This document shows, one piece after another, positions 10,010 to 22,465 of a DNA stretch of 44,355 bases. The translations under genes and the position numbers were made by a program. This DNA is from Atractiella rhizophila (Eukaryota): positions 62,001-106,355 of the forward strand of contig MU271288.1 of NCBI GenBank assembly GCA_021432655.1, written 5' to 3'. Each line of letters starts with the position of its first letter. Position 1 is the first letter of the stretch. Under the pieces are notes generated by a model. The model saw only the letters and a program-made list of their open reading frames with translations. It had not been told where the DNA came from and did no database searches.

Positions 10010-11681
10010 ATGACAATGAGTTTAGCGGCAAATGCACAGGCAGAAGTCACCACTTTTCTCGACCAGTGGCTTCTCAAATGGGGTAAGGCAGTCATCTTCA
10101 ACGATTCGGAGTCGGACGAAGACCTGCAAGAGGTATGGGGTAACGTGTATGAGCTGGCTGGAGCATTCTTATGCGTCGTTCAAACTTGACCCTGCTGGAG
10201 ATAATCACCACTACAACGAAAGTTCACTTGTCGAGTCAGAAGCACTGGTGAGAGAGTTAGAACAATGGCACTACAAAAGGACATTACCAGCCGATTCATC
10301 AGCCGCTCGCCCGCCTAAAGTGAAGCTACCGCAAACACTCTTTCCAAGGAGCGGCTTAGAGAGCCTTCCCACGGAAATTTTGCAAATGATCTTCAATAAA
10401 GCGGTGCCGCAATGGGACGACAACACCTTCGAACTCCTGTATTTATCCTGCCGATTGTATCCAGCGGTACGTATGTTCTTTATTGCTTAGACGACGTCAT
10501 GGAAACGTGAAATGTCGCTAGGTCCAAAGAGCATTATACGACACTCCACCAGCACTCAGGAGCTTGCGAGATGTCCATTCCCCGCTGCGAAAGTTCCGAA
10601 ACTGCCCCGAGACCGCCTCATTTGTTCGACACCTTCGTTATGCTATACCTTCCGAACAGCTGGATCCGCTGCAGCGTATTTCGATTCTCAAGTTGTTTTC
10701 GAAGTGCACTTCTCTGCGTACCTTGTCGGTTTCAGCGATCTCGCTGCAGTTTTCGACTCGTTCCAGTTTTTTGATGGATATGGATTACTGAAGCGGAACA
10801 TCACACTCACGGAGCTCCAAGTTCTCGATGATGTTGAACCGCAACTTGTCAACCTCATTCAATACATGGACGGATGGAAAACAATCAACATTCTTTCTAG
10901 TCATAGACCACGACAGGAGAAGCTCTGGTTTTCGCAAAATACCGAGCATTATGAGTTAGCCCGCAATAATCCTGTGTTCTGGCATTATAGCTTTGAGACT
11001 CATGAAGTCCCTGTGGATCTTGTTTTACCGAACAGCATACAAGATTTGCGCATGTTGTACGGTGACTACGAGGAAGAGGAACTCACGACTCGAGATTCGT
11101 TTGTGATCAACGTCCTGACCAATACCATCCACCGCAACGAGCCACTGCCCCATTTCAGATTGTTGGAGCTTTTTATTCCCGAAGAATCCCTGGACACTTT
11201 TCTGTACCCCATTTTACGAGCTTGCAAGGGAACATTGGAGATTCTGCGACTCTCCGTCAGGGAGTATCCCGGCTGGGCACCTCAGGAGCACGTTGCCTGG
11301 CCTGCTCGCTCCGAGGGACATCCTTTATATCTCACCAAGGACTTCTATGACCTTGTTGCTCAAATACCCCGCTTACAAGTTCTTGAACTGCGTCACTTCC
11401 CGTTAGCAGATTCGGAGTTCCCCTGTACTGGACCCTTCACTCCCAGTTTACAAGAGTTGGCCCTTACCCATTGCTTTGGAAAGGGAGCAGGTTGCCATAT
11501 TTTGACCATGACATCTGCCTTCTTTAAAGACACATTGCGTGTGCTATATCTGGTTGGTCCACAGTTTGAAAGGTCACCTAAAATATATGAAGCACTCAGA
11601 GATCCTGAGAAGGAGAGGAAAAATTTGAAGGATGGAGGCACGTCTTCAGATTACCTGAACTTACGGCTCCTCTTTTATTGA
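10010..11681 (+). CDS. F-box domain / LRR-like protein gene (multi-exon), apparently with one frameshift near 10735
   Basis: F-box-like LESLPTEILQMIFNKA (~10355-10400); intron ~10467-10521; LRR-like repeats LRTLSV, FRLLELFI, LEILRLSV, LQVLELRH, LQELALTH, LRVLYLVG; long open frame to the stop at 11681. Exon 1 boundaries are uncertain. Confidence 0.65.
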
Positions 11682-11904
11682 AGTGAGATGTTGTCAAGTG
11701 TGACAATTATATGGTGAATAGAATGAATGACAATTGTAAACTATGCACTTTCCACCATGTGTAACCCCATTAAATTAGTCTGAGTCTGGAGCCAGTGAGT
11801 CCTCCTCCATGGTAGCTATCGGAAACTTATTTTCGCACATAAAGGTCACAGTCGTGCGACTCCCTTGAAATTTTATCCCGGTCTCAACCCAGCACTCGTC
11901 CACC

Positions 11905-14062
11905 ATGCCGCCAAAAACGAAAGAAGCACACAAAAGTTCAGATATTAGCAATGCTCTTCAATCACAACCACAGCAGCACATCCAAAGCGTGTTCCGGGCG
12001 ACCTCTCTTGAGCCCAACCTGTCACTCTCAAGCGAAAGCGTTGCCGTCCCATGAATCTTGACAAACTGGCATTTATAGACTATGCTGAGAAGAATAAGGG
12101 AATGAATTTGGAGGAACAAGCGCAACACTGGAGGAAGAATGGTTTTGATACTCTCAACATAGCAACTTTGTCTCGATACTTCAAAGACAAGGACAAAATT
12201 CGGAAAGAAGTAGACGAATCCGACAACTTGGCCATGAAAAAACGACATGTTGTCACCTATCCAGAGGTCGAGGCAGCACTCATCCAATGGGTCAAGCAAG
12301 CAGCTTCACCGTGGTGTCATCCTCATTGATGCAGTTCTGCGTGAGAAGTGGAGAAGATTTGCAACACTTATGGCGATTTCTGAAAGTGAATGGCTCTCAT
12401 TGTCAAATGGGTTGCTTGATCTGTTTAAACAACAGTGAGGTTTTGCTTTGTGGTTCCTCACGCTGATATTGTTCAAGCGTTGGTTTGAAGAAATTCAAGT
12501 TTCATGGAGAGGCGGGCTCTGTTGATTTGGAGGCTGTGAAGGAGGAGAGACTACGGCTTCAGTTGTTGTTGAAGGCGTACGCGGAAAGAGATCGGTTCAA
12601 AGGCGATGAAACTGCAATTTTTTGGAAGTAAGTCTCCCCTTGGCCATGAGCTGGTTTGATGTTGTTGTAGCATGGCTGATTCTGGGCTTGCACAAGAAGC
12701 AACTTCCAGCGTCAAGCGCGACAAAGCACGGCTTTCGTACATGTTCGGCAGCAACTCCGACGGTTCTGAGAAACTCCCTCCTCTCATCAATGCAAAAGCA
12801 CAGAAACCGCACATTCCAGAAGAAAACAGCTAAACAACTTGGATTCAATCATTACTACTGGAACAAGAAAGCCTGGATGACCGGCTCAATCTTCCAAGAG
12901 TACGCTCATTTATCTGCTCATTTATGGAGTGTTGTGTCTCACATCACCCAGTTGGTTGTCCGACCTTGGCAAGGACATGCGCAAGAAGAATTGCAAGATC
13001 GTCTTGTTGATTGACAATGCGCCATCACACATTTGGAGGCAGGAAATGCTCACCAACGTTCACGTTGAACCTTTCAAGCCAAACATGACATCATTTGTTA
13101 AGCCGATGGATGCAGGGTTTTTCAAAGCCACCAAGGCTCACTACTACCGTTGCATGTTTGTCTTTCTGTCGGTGCTTTCCTGCCCGCTGACTCTGTGAAG
13201 GTTCTGCCTATGGGCACTTGATCGCGACGAGCCGGAGAACAAGATCTTTATGCTCTCAATCAACTCGAGGCCATGAGAATGTTGGATGAGGCGTGGAGCT
13301 CTGTCACAAAGGAAACACTGTTGAAATGTTGTAAACATACAGGGTTCATGCCGACCGAAGCTTTGGCGTGAGTTTTCATGTTTCTAGATTTGTGGCGCTA
13401 AGAGACATTCAGGCATAAAGAAGCCCCTATCCCTCCGAACCCTGTTGATCCTGGTCTCGTCCACACTGTCTCTGACCTCTCCGCCATGCTCAAGCACCTT
13501 AACGAGCATCACATTCCTCTTGCGCGGCAAATGACGGCCGAGCAACTTCTGAGCTTGGATGGAGAAGGAGAAGGCGAGGGGGAGAGGACCAAAGAGGAGA
13601 TTGTTGAAGAAGTTCAGGCAATAATGCACCCGGAAATGCTTGAGCTCAGCGATGAAGAGGATCCTGACTACGACGGCACAGTCAAACTCAAACCTCCACC
13701 GACTCTCAACGAACGGATGGCAGCGGGTCAATTGTTGCGAGAGGGAGCGATGCTGCATGATGGCGAGGTTGTGAGACAGCTTAGAATGCTGTGCACAAAG
13801 GCACTGAAGGAGTTTTCAAGCGAAAAGTTCGCAAAGGAGTTTCGGGTACAGACCACCTTGGATTCTTTTGTGCAGAACAAGTGAGCACAGCGCTACAGTT
13901 GATTCCAAACACTATATAACATACATACTTGTGAGATCTGATGTTTCCAACAATATCCCAGCCACAAGTCCCCTTTTTTGGTACCCCTGCTCGTATGCAA
14001 GCACTCTTTATATGCAAGCTTAGGTGGTCCACCGAAGGCCTGCATGTTTAGGGGTCTGACTG
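11905..14062 (+). mobile_element. pogo/Tigger (CENP-B, DDE_1) transposon, transposase pseudogene with introns and frameshifts; right TIR present, left TIR not found
   Basis: CENP-B HTH (YPEVEAALIQWV...LSNGLL), FHGEAGSVD, DET, NKKAWMT, VLLIDNAPSH, PNMTSFVKPMDAG; ends GGGGTCTGACTG + TA at 14063-14064. Confidence 0.92.
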
Positions 14063-14399
14063 TACTAGTCAACTGCAGGCAGTGTTCACCATTTATAGTA
14101 AAGCAATACCAATACACCTTTTAAGCCACCTGACCTCTATGCTTACCAATTTCCATGAGATAAATATTTGAGGCAGCTTTGGACTGAAAGGCTGCTCCAC
14201 CAGCCACTCCAGTGGTCGTATTTCTGGTATATATTTTCCTCGTTTTTATATGGTGTCATTATTTTTCCTTTGTTATTTTTGTATTTTTCCATGTCCTCCA
14301 CTTATCCCCAAACATAGTCTTCATCCAGCTGCTTCTTCTTTGGATTTCGCCGCAATATATACGTCCTTCCTCCTGTTTTCATGACTGGCCCCCAGTCTG

Positions 14400-17300
14400 G
14401 GCCTCCTATCCCTGTACCTGTTGTGTAGCCTTCCTCCGTCCCTGATCGTCTTCATTCTGTAAGATTGAATCTTCCTCATTCATCTCCTCCTCCTCATCTC
14501 TCTCATGTTCCTCCTCAATCCTTCGTTTCCCCCAAGCTGTCAGAGTTTCTTCGACTAGATCGCCTTCGTCATCATCCACCGCTGTTGTTGTGCCTTCTTC
14601 CACCAATTGTTTCCTCAAGTAGTACTGTCTAAGTCGTTTTGCTGCCACTAATCCATCGATTGCCGTCCCATCCAACTCCTCCAACAAATAAGATCCCCGG
14701 TCCTTTCGTTCCCTGACTTTGTAGGGCCCAAACCATCTTGCGTGTAGCTTCTTGCTGTGAGCCATTTCTAACCTTGCATTCTGCTTCAAGACTAACATTC
14801 CCAGCTCCAAAGGGTCTCAAATTTTATGTGCGTTTCGTCGATCAAGGTATGTCATCCCTTCCTCCCTGGCTTTTCTTAATTTCCTGGCCCCTTTCTAGAT
14901 CCTCATCTCATGCCTCGATTTGCCTCATCCTTGCCGCAATTAAATCCTTCCTCGACATAGTCTCCTCGAATTTGGGTATATAGAACGTCCAGAGTTCGAA
15001 GCCAACAGGTAGCAGTGGGTCACATCCCAGAAGTAATTGAAATGGTGATAGGTTTGTGGTCCTTTGTGTTGACACTCGTTCCGCGAATAATGCCCTGTTG
15101 AGGTGTAGATGCCATTCCCATGGTCTGTCAATACTGGCTTTCTCAATTGCCTTTACGATTTCCTGATGCCCTCTCTCGACTTGCCTATTTCCTTCTGAGT
15201 GGTAAGGTGTTGGATTGATGTATTTGCTCCCGCTCATTAAAATTGCAGCTTTCACCTCTCCCCGAAATTCAGGGCCTCCGTCTACAACATAGCATCCAAA
15301 CGGTCCCCATCGCCATTTCACTTCCTCCACAAATCTCGCAATATCCTTTGCTCGAATCCTTTTCAACGCCTTCCCTTCTGGCTAACCAGTCAAATCATCC
15401 TTCAATAACAATAAGTAGGGGTATGGTTAGGGCTTTGCACCGTCACCGTCAAGACGGGTGACGGGTCCGGGACGGACGGTATTTTTGGCCACCCGTCCCG
15501 TCACCGTCACACCTTTGATTTTTTGGCGACGGACGGTAAAAACGGGCGGGTGCTACCCGTCCGTCAGCCTTCTTTGCGCTTCCATGACGGGTCAGACGGC
15601 GAAAAACGGGTGTTATATATGAATCTTAAGTTTTAAACCTGTTTTTACCGGTTTTTTGCTTGTTTTGCCCCGCGCTTTTCATAATTTCATATTTTCTTGT
15701 TTGCAGCAAAGCAAACATTCCTTTGCATGGCCCAAAACGGCCAGAAAGGGACTTCCAGGTCAGAACAAACCTAACCTTATGTAGGCCGGCTGCTTGCGGG
15801 CCATAGCCGGCGCAACCAAATGTCCTTTCCACCCAGCCAAACAGGCCTAGGCTTGCCGGCAGTACTGATTAGCGGCTAGAACATGGCATGAATGACATAT
15901 TCCGGTTGTGCCGGACAGAATAAAGGAACTTTTTGTTGAACACCCGTGTTCACCGTCAAACCCGTCCGTCTGCACCCCTTTTCTTGCCGTCGCTGTCCCG
16001 TCACCGTCGGATAGTCCCCGTGTTCAGTGACGGTGCAGGCGACGGGACGGGTGACCGTCTCAGGCACAAAAATCGACGGACGGGACGGTGCAAAGCCCTA
16101 GGTATGGTCTCACTCCCATATGCACAACGTCCATTCCAACCTTTGAAAAGATACCCGTGGGCACAGTTGCTTGGCGCGTTTCCTCCTCAGTCGTTCTTGC
16201 ATTTTTCTGACATGTATCACAACTCCGAACGTATTTCCCAACCCATCTCTTCATGCCAGGGCACCAACATCTTGCTTTCAGCCTCCTGTAAGTTTCTTGT
16301 TGTCCTCGATGGCCCAAGTCTTCATGTACTGATTTTGCAAATGCTCTATGCTCCTCTTCCTTATCAACCACCCTAACATGAATCCCATCTTCCTTCCTTC
16401 GCCACAGTTCTCCCTCCTGTAAGAAGAAATCCCTGGCTCTCCGTTTAACCCTTTCAAACGCTTTATCTGAAATGCCGCTCATTCGCTCAAGTGTCTGCAG
16501 AAATTGTCCTAACGATGCGAATTGTGGATCTGGGTAATTATGTGAGTTGAAATTGACTCCCAGTCGCTCCAGTTGGTTGACGTTAAGTTGCAGATTCCCA
16601 ATCACTTTCTTTTCTTCTTCCTCCACCATATCTTCTGCACTTCTTGCTGGTTCGTCGTGTTCTGTCCTCGCTACTCGAGATAATACATCTGGTAAAAGGA
16701 ATTGTGCCCCGGATGGTGTCTAATATCGAATGTAAATAGATGAATAAAGGCATTCCATCGTGCCATTTGTGCATTTGGAAGGTTGGGTGAGTTTATCATC
16801 TGTACTAGAGATATAGCGTCGATGACAAGTGTGAAGTGAGTTCTCCAGAGGTCATGTCTCAATTTCGCAAATATCTTCGCCACCCAGCCAGTTCCAGCTT
16901 CGATTGTGAGTACCTCTTCTCGACTTCTGTGAAACTTATTGACTTGTATTTGACTGGTTGTGGTTTTCCACGTTCATCTTCCTGTGCCAGAACTCCTCCT
17001 GCTGCAACTTGACTTGAATCCACCATTAAGATAATCTTTCCAGCTCCTGGACTTCGATTTAGTGCTTTTAGAAGGATGTCTGCTCCAACTATCTGTTTCA
17101 GCCTTTCGAATGCCTCTTGTTGCTTCTTCCCCCAAAACCATTCTTATTTATTCTTTAATAATATCCTCAATGGTGCCATTTCATCTGAGAATTTGGGAAT
17201 GAAAACTCGAACAAATGTCACCGCCCCATTAAAGGTACGCAATTCGTGAACGTCTGTCGGTTGAGGCCAATCTAAAATTTTGTTTCGCTTCCTTGTGGTT

Positions 17301-20300
17301 ATCCTCTTCCCTTTATATCTGCAATCCATTCCTACTATCTCGACAGATGGACAGCAAATCGCCAGTTTTTATCCAGATACTGTAAGTCCTGCTTCTTCTA
17401 ATCAAAAAGTATCCGCTCTAATGTAACTGCATACTCCCAGATAAATCGTCGAATCCCTGGATTGCCAGGCAACGCCTCATTATTGTAACGACTTTTGGAG
17501 CCTTTAACCATGATATCGTCGATAAAGATAACAGTAAAAGTTGGTATTTCGTCCTTCATGATGAAAACTGTGCAACGCTGATATTCCGCGACAGAATTGG
17601 TAGCTCCTACTGGCAATCGTCGAAGTCAAAACTGTCCCAAGGGCGTTTGAAAAGCCGTCATGTCCCTCATCATTTCATCGAGCTCCCGTTGGTCATATCC
17701 TCCCAAAATATCCAAAGCTCCAATGCACGCATATCCCACACACTCACCTGTATGTTCCATAATATTAGGAGGTAAGCCACCATCCTTAATTGTCACCCCA
17801 TTAAGTTTTTGTAAATTATGCACTATTCGGATCTTCCTGTTCTTCTTCTCGACTGCAAACCAGGATGATGAATAAGGTGATGCGGTAGGTTCGTAAAGTC
17901 CCGTTCGAATTCGTTCTCTGATTAACTCGATGACTGCTGGTTTAAGCGCCACTGGAATAGGAATTGTTTCTCTTGGTATTGGTTCATGTGGTACGATTGG
18001 AATAATGTGCGGATTTGCATACGTCCTCTTTAGAAGGATTCTCTCGCTAACATTGAAGGCAATAGCTTGCTCCTTGAGCCTCATCACGTGCAACAATAGT
18101 TTCTGCTCCTTCTCACTTAGCCATCCCTCCGGTCCAAAATTCACTATCTTTAGTCTGTCTTCCGTCAACCGCCCTCCAGGAATGAAAGGTGGTGGTTTTG
18201 TGGTCAAAGGTGCCTTGTAAGGGTCCCTTGAATAAGGTGGCTGGCACATTGGTGCATTAACTCCTTGAGGCATTGGTACGTTTACTGGTTTTATTTTCTT
18301 GTCCACCGTCTTGTATTTGGTGTTAATTTGTATATCCTCTTTATCCTTGAATGTTTCGTTTTTGATCCTTAGAAAATGTATTGCTAACTCTTTCTGTTTT
18401 GGAATAGAGATTCCTGCTGCATCCATTAAATGTGCTCTGTTGTCTTCTCCTATCACGTCGATCCTCCACCTTCCCACACCAGGTTCCTCGTCCTCGATTT
18501 CGCAATTCCATATTTCCACCACTCCTCCACTTATTTCCTTCTTATCACAGTTAGGCAACTCCTCGTTCTTCTCCTCTCGAACTTGCCTTCTGCGAGAAGA
18601 GTGTCTCAGGTTTTCGCCTCTTCCTCCTTTACTTCAATGGATACGGTCGTAATTTTTCCTAGCATCACATCATCTAGGTTCCGATATTGCCACTTCAAGT
18701 TTTCTGCCGGAATTTTGTAACACAGTTCATGGTAGCTCTGGCGGACTGAAATAATAACAGAATCGTCTGGCGTATCATAATTGAGAAATGCTTTTGAGTC
18801 GTGAAGGAACACTTGTCCAAGGATAATGCCATAGGTTATGGATGGTGTAACGAAGAAATGCTGAGGGATTGTCATAGATCCTAGATTGATGTCGACATTC
18901 TCTGCCATTCCAGCAATAGCGCTCGTGAGGCCGTTGACTCCCGTGATAGAATAAGAACTTGTAAGTCGTAAGCTGGCTTGTATCGCTTCCTGGGTTGCTT
19001 TTTACATTCCATTCATTTGAGCCCCACAATCAATCATTGCAGGATATCGTCGTCCAGCCACGGTTAAGGTCAGATACATGAGTTGCCCGCTGAAGGTTGG
19101 CGGCCTCGGTTTTACAAAGCATCGTTCTCCGGAAAGTCCAGTTACTTCTTCTTCTTCCAACGCTTGTTCTGCCGCTATCCTCGCATGATGTTGCGGATGC
19201 ATACAGTCTACCATCTTCCTTCCAACACCGTTTCAAAGTGCCTCTAGTAATGACGGTGCGTATTTTTGCACTACTACTTCTGCCACTCGTAACTCCTCTT
19301 CATTTTTCGAAGCTCTTTCTGACCCTCCTTGCTGGGTGTATTCTTCTCCTCTATCGTGGTTACTTTCATTTTTACTTCTTCAACTGACTCTGGTTCCTAC
19401 ACAGCAACTTGGGTCTCCTCCTTTTGGTCTGAGATGATAACAGCTGTTTCGAATTGAGTTCCTAAAGCGGGTGGACTCCACGATAGATGGACGTTACTGA
19501 CAGACAATGTCAACTGGGCATCCTTTGGTGCAGCCACTTCTGCAATAACTGCCGTATTCGCTGTTGTCGTCTCTGGTTTGACAGGCAAGGGTATTGTATT
19601 TGTCCCCGTCATGGGAATGTCTTGCTGATTTTGATTTGTTTGTGGTCCATTGTTTCGTCCAGCTCCATATCCTCCACCTCTTCCTCTCCAGTTATTGTTG
19701 CCGTATCCTCCTCTTCCACTATTATTCCACCCTCCGCTGTTCCAGTTATTATTCCATGCCCCTTGATTCTGGCTCCATCCTCCTCCATTCCCTCCTAGCC
19801 CTGCAGTCTCCTGAAGTTGGCATTGAAGGCTTCCCACTGTTTGTGACAAACTCGAAATTTGATCTTGAAGCGCTTGAAAGGCATTATCTGGTTTTGGAAT
19901 GGTAGGTCAAGCTGGTTTTGTTTGGATTTTAATCTCATTGACTTTCATAGCTCCCTTCTCCTTGTTCTTCGTACGGTTTTTTCTATCCTCCTCTTCTTCG
20001 CTTTCAGATTCATCCTCACTGTTACTATACCAGCTTCCCAATCCTCTTTCCCCCATAATATTCCTTCCAGGGCTCACTCCTCCCATATTCCCCATCCTCC
20101 TCTTCTTCCATTATCATTTTGATATACTCCCAAACTTTGTCAACAGTCGGCACGTTCCTCCTCTTTCTCTTGATTTTCACTTCTCTTTCAGTTCCTCCAA
20201 TCATTTTCATTGTCTCTTCCTTTATCCTTTTCATTTCCTCCTCACGCTGCCTCCTCTCACTAGTGACCTCCTGGATGCTTTTCGGTAACGAATCCCAAAA

Positions 20301-20490
20301 GAAGTGATGGGCCTCTTCCTTAGTGATCTGATCATTTTCCAATAAGGAGTCAAGGATCTCCTGATATTTTAAGATATAAGTTTTCACGTTCTCTTTCGTG
20401 TATCGCTTGGATTTGATAAACTGATTTGCCCATTTCTCCAGGCTCCTCCAGGTGTACTCAAATTCTTGACAAGTTGTCCAGCACACAGAA
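14400..20490 (-). mobile_element. Ty3/Gypsy LTR retrotransposon internal region (gag-PR-RT-RH-IN), degenerate, no flanking LTR pair seen
   Basis: Gag-like 20486-19400; protease AMIDCGAQMN (~19040); RT SPYSSSWFAVEKK, LDILGGYDQREL, MPVGATNS, FIDDI (17900-17500); RNase H VDSSQVAAGGVLAQ (~17020); integrase H..GH...CDTC, VDGGPEF, YHSEGNRQVERGH, WFGPYKV. The order PR-RT-RH-IN indicates Gypsy. Many frameshifts and stops. Confidence 0.96.
15428..16100. mobile_element. Non-autonomous hAT element (MITE, 673 bp) inserted in the Gypsy integrase
   Basis: Perfect 17-bp TIR TAGGGCTTTGCACCGTC; perfect 8-bp TSD GGTATGGT at 15420-15427 and 16101-16108; dense subterminal CCGTC/GACGG repeats. Removing it rejoins the integrase text VVHMGVRPY|PYLLLLKDD. 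Confidence 0.97.
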
Positions 20491-21045
20491 TTAGTTATGA
20501 TATTCTGACTTAGAACAGGTCAAAGGCAGCAGAGTATAAGGTTGTCAAGATCCTCACACAGTCTGCTTCTAGAAATGAGAATTTTGAACTCAATGCCTTG
20601 GAGCATCTCTAATCAAAGCCATGGAAAAAATGTCAGAAAGGAATACATGCACATAATCTACGAACGATTTTCCCTGGTTTCAAATGAAGCCTCAGCGCAT
20701 ACTTGCTTGGTGTATGAACCGTTGGCTATAAGCTTGCACGACCTGGATTCACCAGCCAGGTTGATTTTACTCTCTGAGGGACTGCTTGAAGAGCCAGGAG
20801 CTTTGAGCCTATCGAAAGCGCTAGTACCGATACCCAAAGCAGCAGCTGCCTGGGAAAAAAAAAAAAACAACCTTGTGTATTCCAGTATCACCGAACGATG
20901 AAGAACTTCTACAACAACTCGAAATTCTTTCACGCAAAGTCAATCGGGGAGCAGTTAGAGCTTCATGCGTGCGCGTCCGTGAGAACCATCTCAGGGATCT
21001 GCTAGCCTTCTGTTCTACATCCACTGAGGCATCTATTATTTGAGT

Positions 21046-21358
21046 GTAGGAGATGTAGACCTAGGTCCTATAAATTACAACTCTTTCAACGTCCCTCCCC
21101 AGCCCGTCTTGCGGTATGGGAATCCTAAACCGTCCATAGTCTTCAGCCAATCTCTGCCCCAATCCGTCTGCGACGCCGCCCACAACTCCATCTCCTCTTC
21201 CTCTCACCTTCTCGTAATAGGCACAAGTCTCGAAACCTATAGCAGTTAGCGACCCTTCCGGCAAGCACTGGATGAAGGAAAGACGGTTGGTATTTTGAAC
21301 GTGGGGGGAACAAGGGCAGATAGGGAAATGGGTGAGGGGAAGGCGTGGAAGGTTGACG
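21046..21358 (+). pseudogene. Sirtuin (SIRT4 / class II-like) C-terminal gene fragment, frameshifted
   Basis: GDVDLG..Y.SF.VP, CG.G, KPSIVF, SLP, LLVIGTSLETYS, then ILNVGGTRAD in a shifted frame; this is the motif order of class II sirtuins. Confidence 0.8.
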
Positions 21359-21792
21359 TGTTGTAAGAATGCGAATCCTGATGCGAGGTTGAAGTTGGGA
21401 GAAAACAAGAATATCATTATTATATCTTTCTCCCAGACTTCAGCACGGTTTATATATCTGAGAAAAGCGTGGCAAACAAATTCTAGAAAGTACACCAACG
21501 TGTAAGAAATCAGTAAGCAAGAGGAAGCGAGAAGAAAATAGAATCCCCTCGAATATGTCGCGTCGCGTCGTTCTTAGTACGCCGTGAAAGTTTGTCGAAG
21601 TGTTGTCGTTCAAACGTTCATGATTCATCCTGCCATCTCACTTGAGTGGCAATTCTAGAATGTTCCCTTTTGCCACAAGTTCTCGCTTTTTCTTTATCTT
21701 ACGTTTCTTGAAGATTCTAGAATATTGTCTTACAAAGTATATAAAGCCTGTAAAACACTGAAGAATATCATTCCCGTTCTACAATAACAACA
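21359..21792 (+). mobile_element. Probable solo LTR, family B (434 bp)
   Basis: TGTTG...CAACA termini; flanks TGACG/TGAAG (4/5 match as a TSD); TATATAAAG ~50 bp before the end; related sequence at 9240-9443 and 2242-2506. Confidence 0.7.
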
Positions 21793-21809
21793 TGAAGGTT
21801 GAGCTCGAA

Positions 21810-22465
21810 CGGTAAATTCTTCAAGGTCCTGCTTCCAAGCATCCTCCTGTGACCTGTTGCATCGATTCAATGGTTACGGAGTGCTTGAGACATCATGTAG
21901 AGCACATGGAGCACATACATGTCCATTTGGCCATTCACAAGTCGACTGGCAATGTCTTGCAGTTTTCGGTCCACCTCATTCCAGAACTGTTTCCCTGCAA
22001 TCTCGGAGCATCACCCCACTGACCACATAGGCCAGCTAGCTACCGGGACATCATGTCAAATGGAGAATCTCAAACAAGAACGGACAAACTGAGAATGCAA
22101 GTCGACCTTGTAACTCTTTCAAGGGAGCTATAGTCGGAAATAGCTTCACCGTCTCTGCTGTTAGATCCACGATACTTTTCACCCCACTGGGGTCTTTGGG
22201 GTCCATTGATTTGATGTGATTCAGACTGATTTCAGCAAACTGTTTGTACTTTGATGGAAAGACCCACAGATTCCTTCTGTCAGAGTTTGGCACCGTTTTA
22301 AGCTGCATTCGTGCCACTGTCATTTGTGGCTCTAGTTTTCTTTCCCCTTTGCCGTTTCTCTCATTTTGCCGAGTTCCTTAAGGTATAAAAAGCCCATTAT
22401 AACGTCATTGTAATTCATTCCTTTAGACCCTTGGAATCAACACCTTCAGCTTCGACTGCTTCTGC
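21810..22465 (-). pseudogene. 3' part of an unknown fungal gene family, paralog of 38550-39710; interrupted by solo LTR A
   Basis: QKQSKLKE...MDPKDPSGVKSIVDLTAETVKLFPTIAPLKELQGRLAF...GLCGQWG aligns with QKRSKLK...MDPNAAGGVKNIVHLTVEIVKGHPDISASKELQGRYAF...GLCGKWG at 39395-39690. Confidence 0.75.
22278..22442 (+). mobile_element. Solo LTR, short family A, copy 3 (165 bp)
   Basis: TGTCAG...TCAACA; perfect TSD CCTTC at 22273-22277 and 22443-22447. Confidence 0.95.

Noticed and set aside
14200..14600. Chromodomain after the Gypsy integrase
   Set aside because: Only an acidic low-complexity tail follows the GPY motif; no Y.VKW-type motif was seen.
20854..20867. Poly-A tail of a retrocopy
   Set aside because: No TSD or recognisable upstream LINE/SINE body; likely a simple homopolymer.
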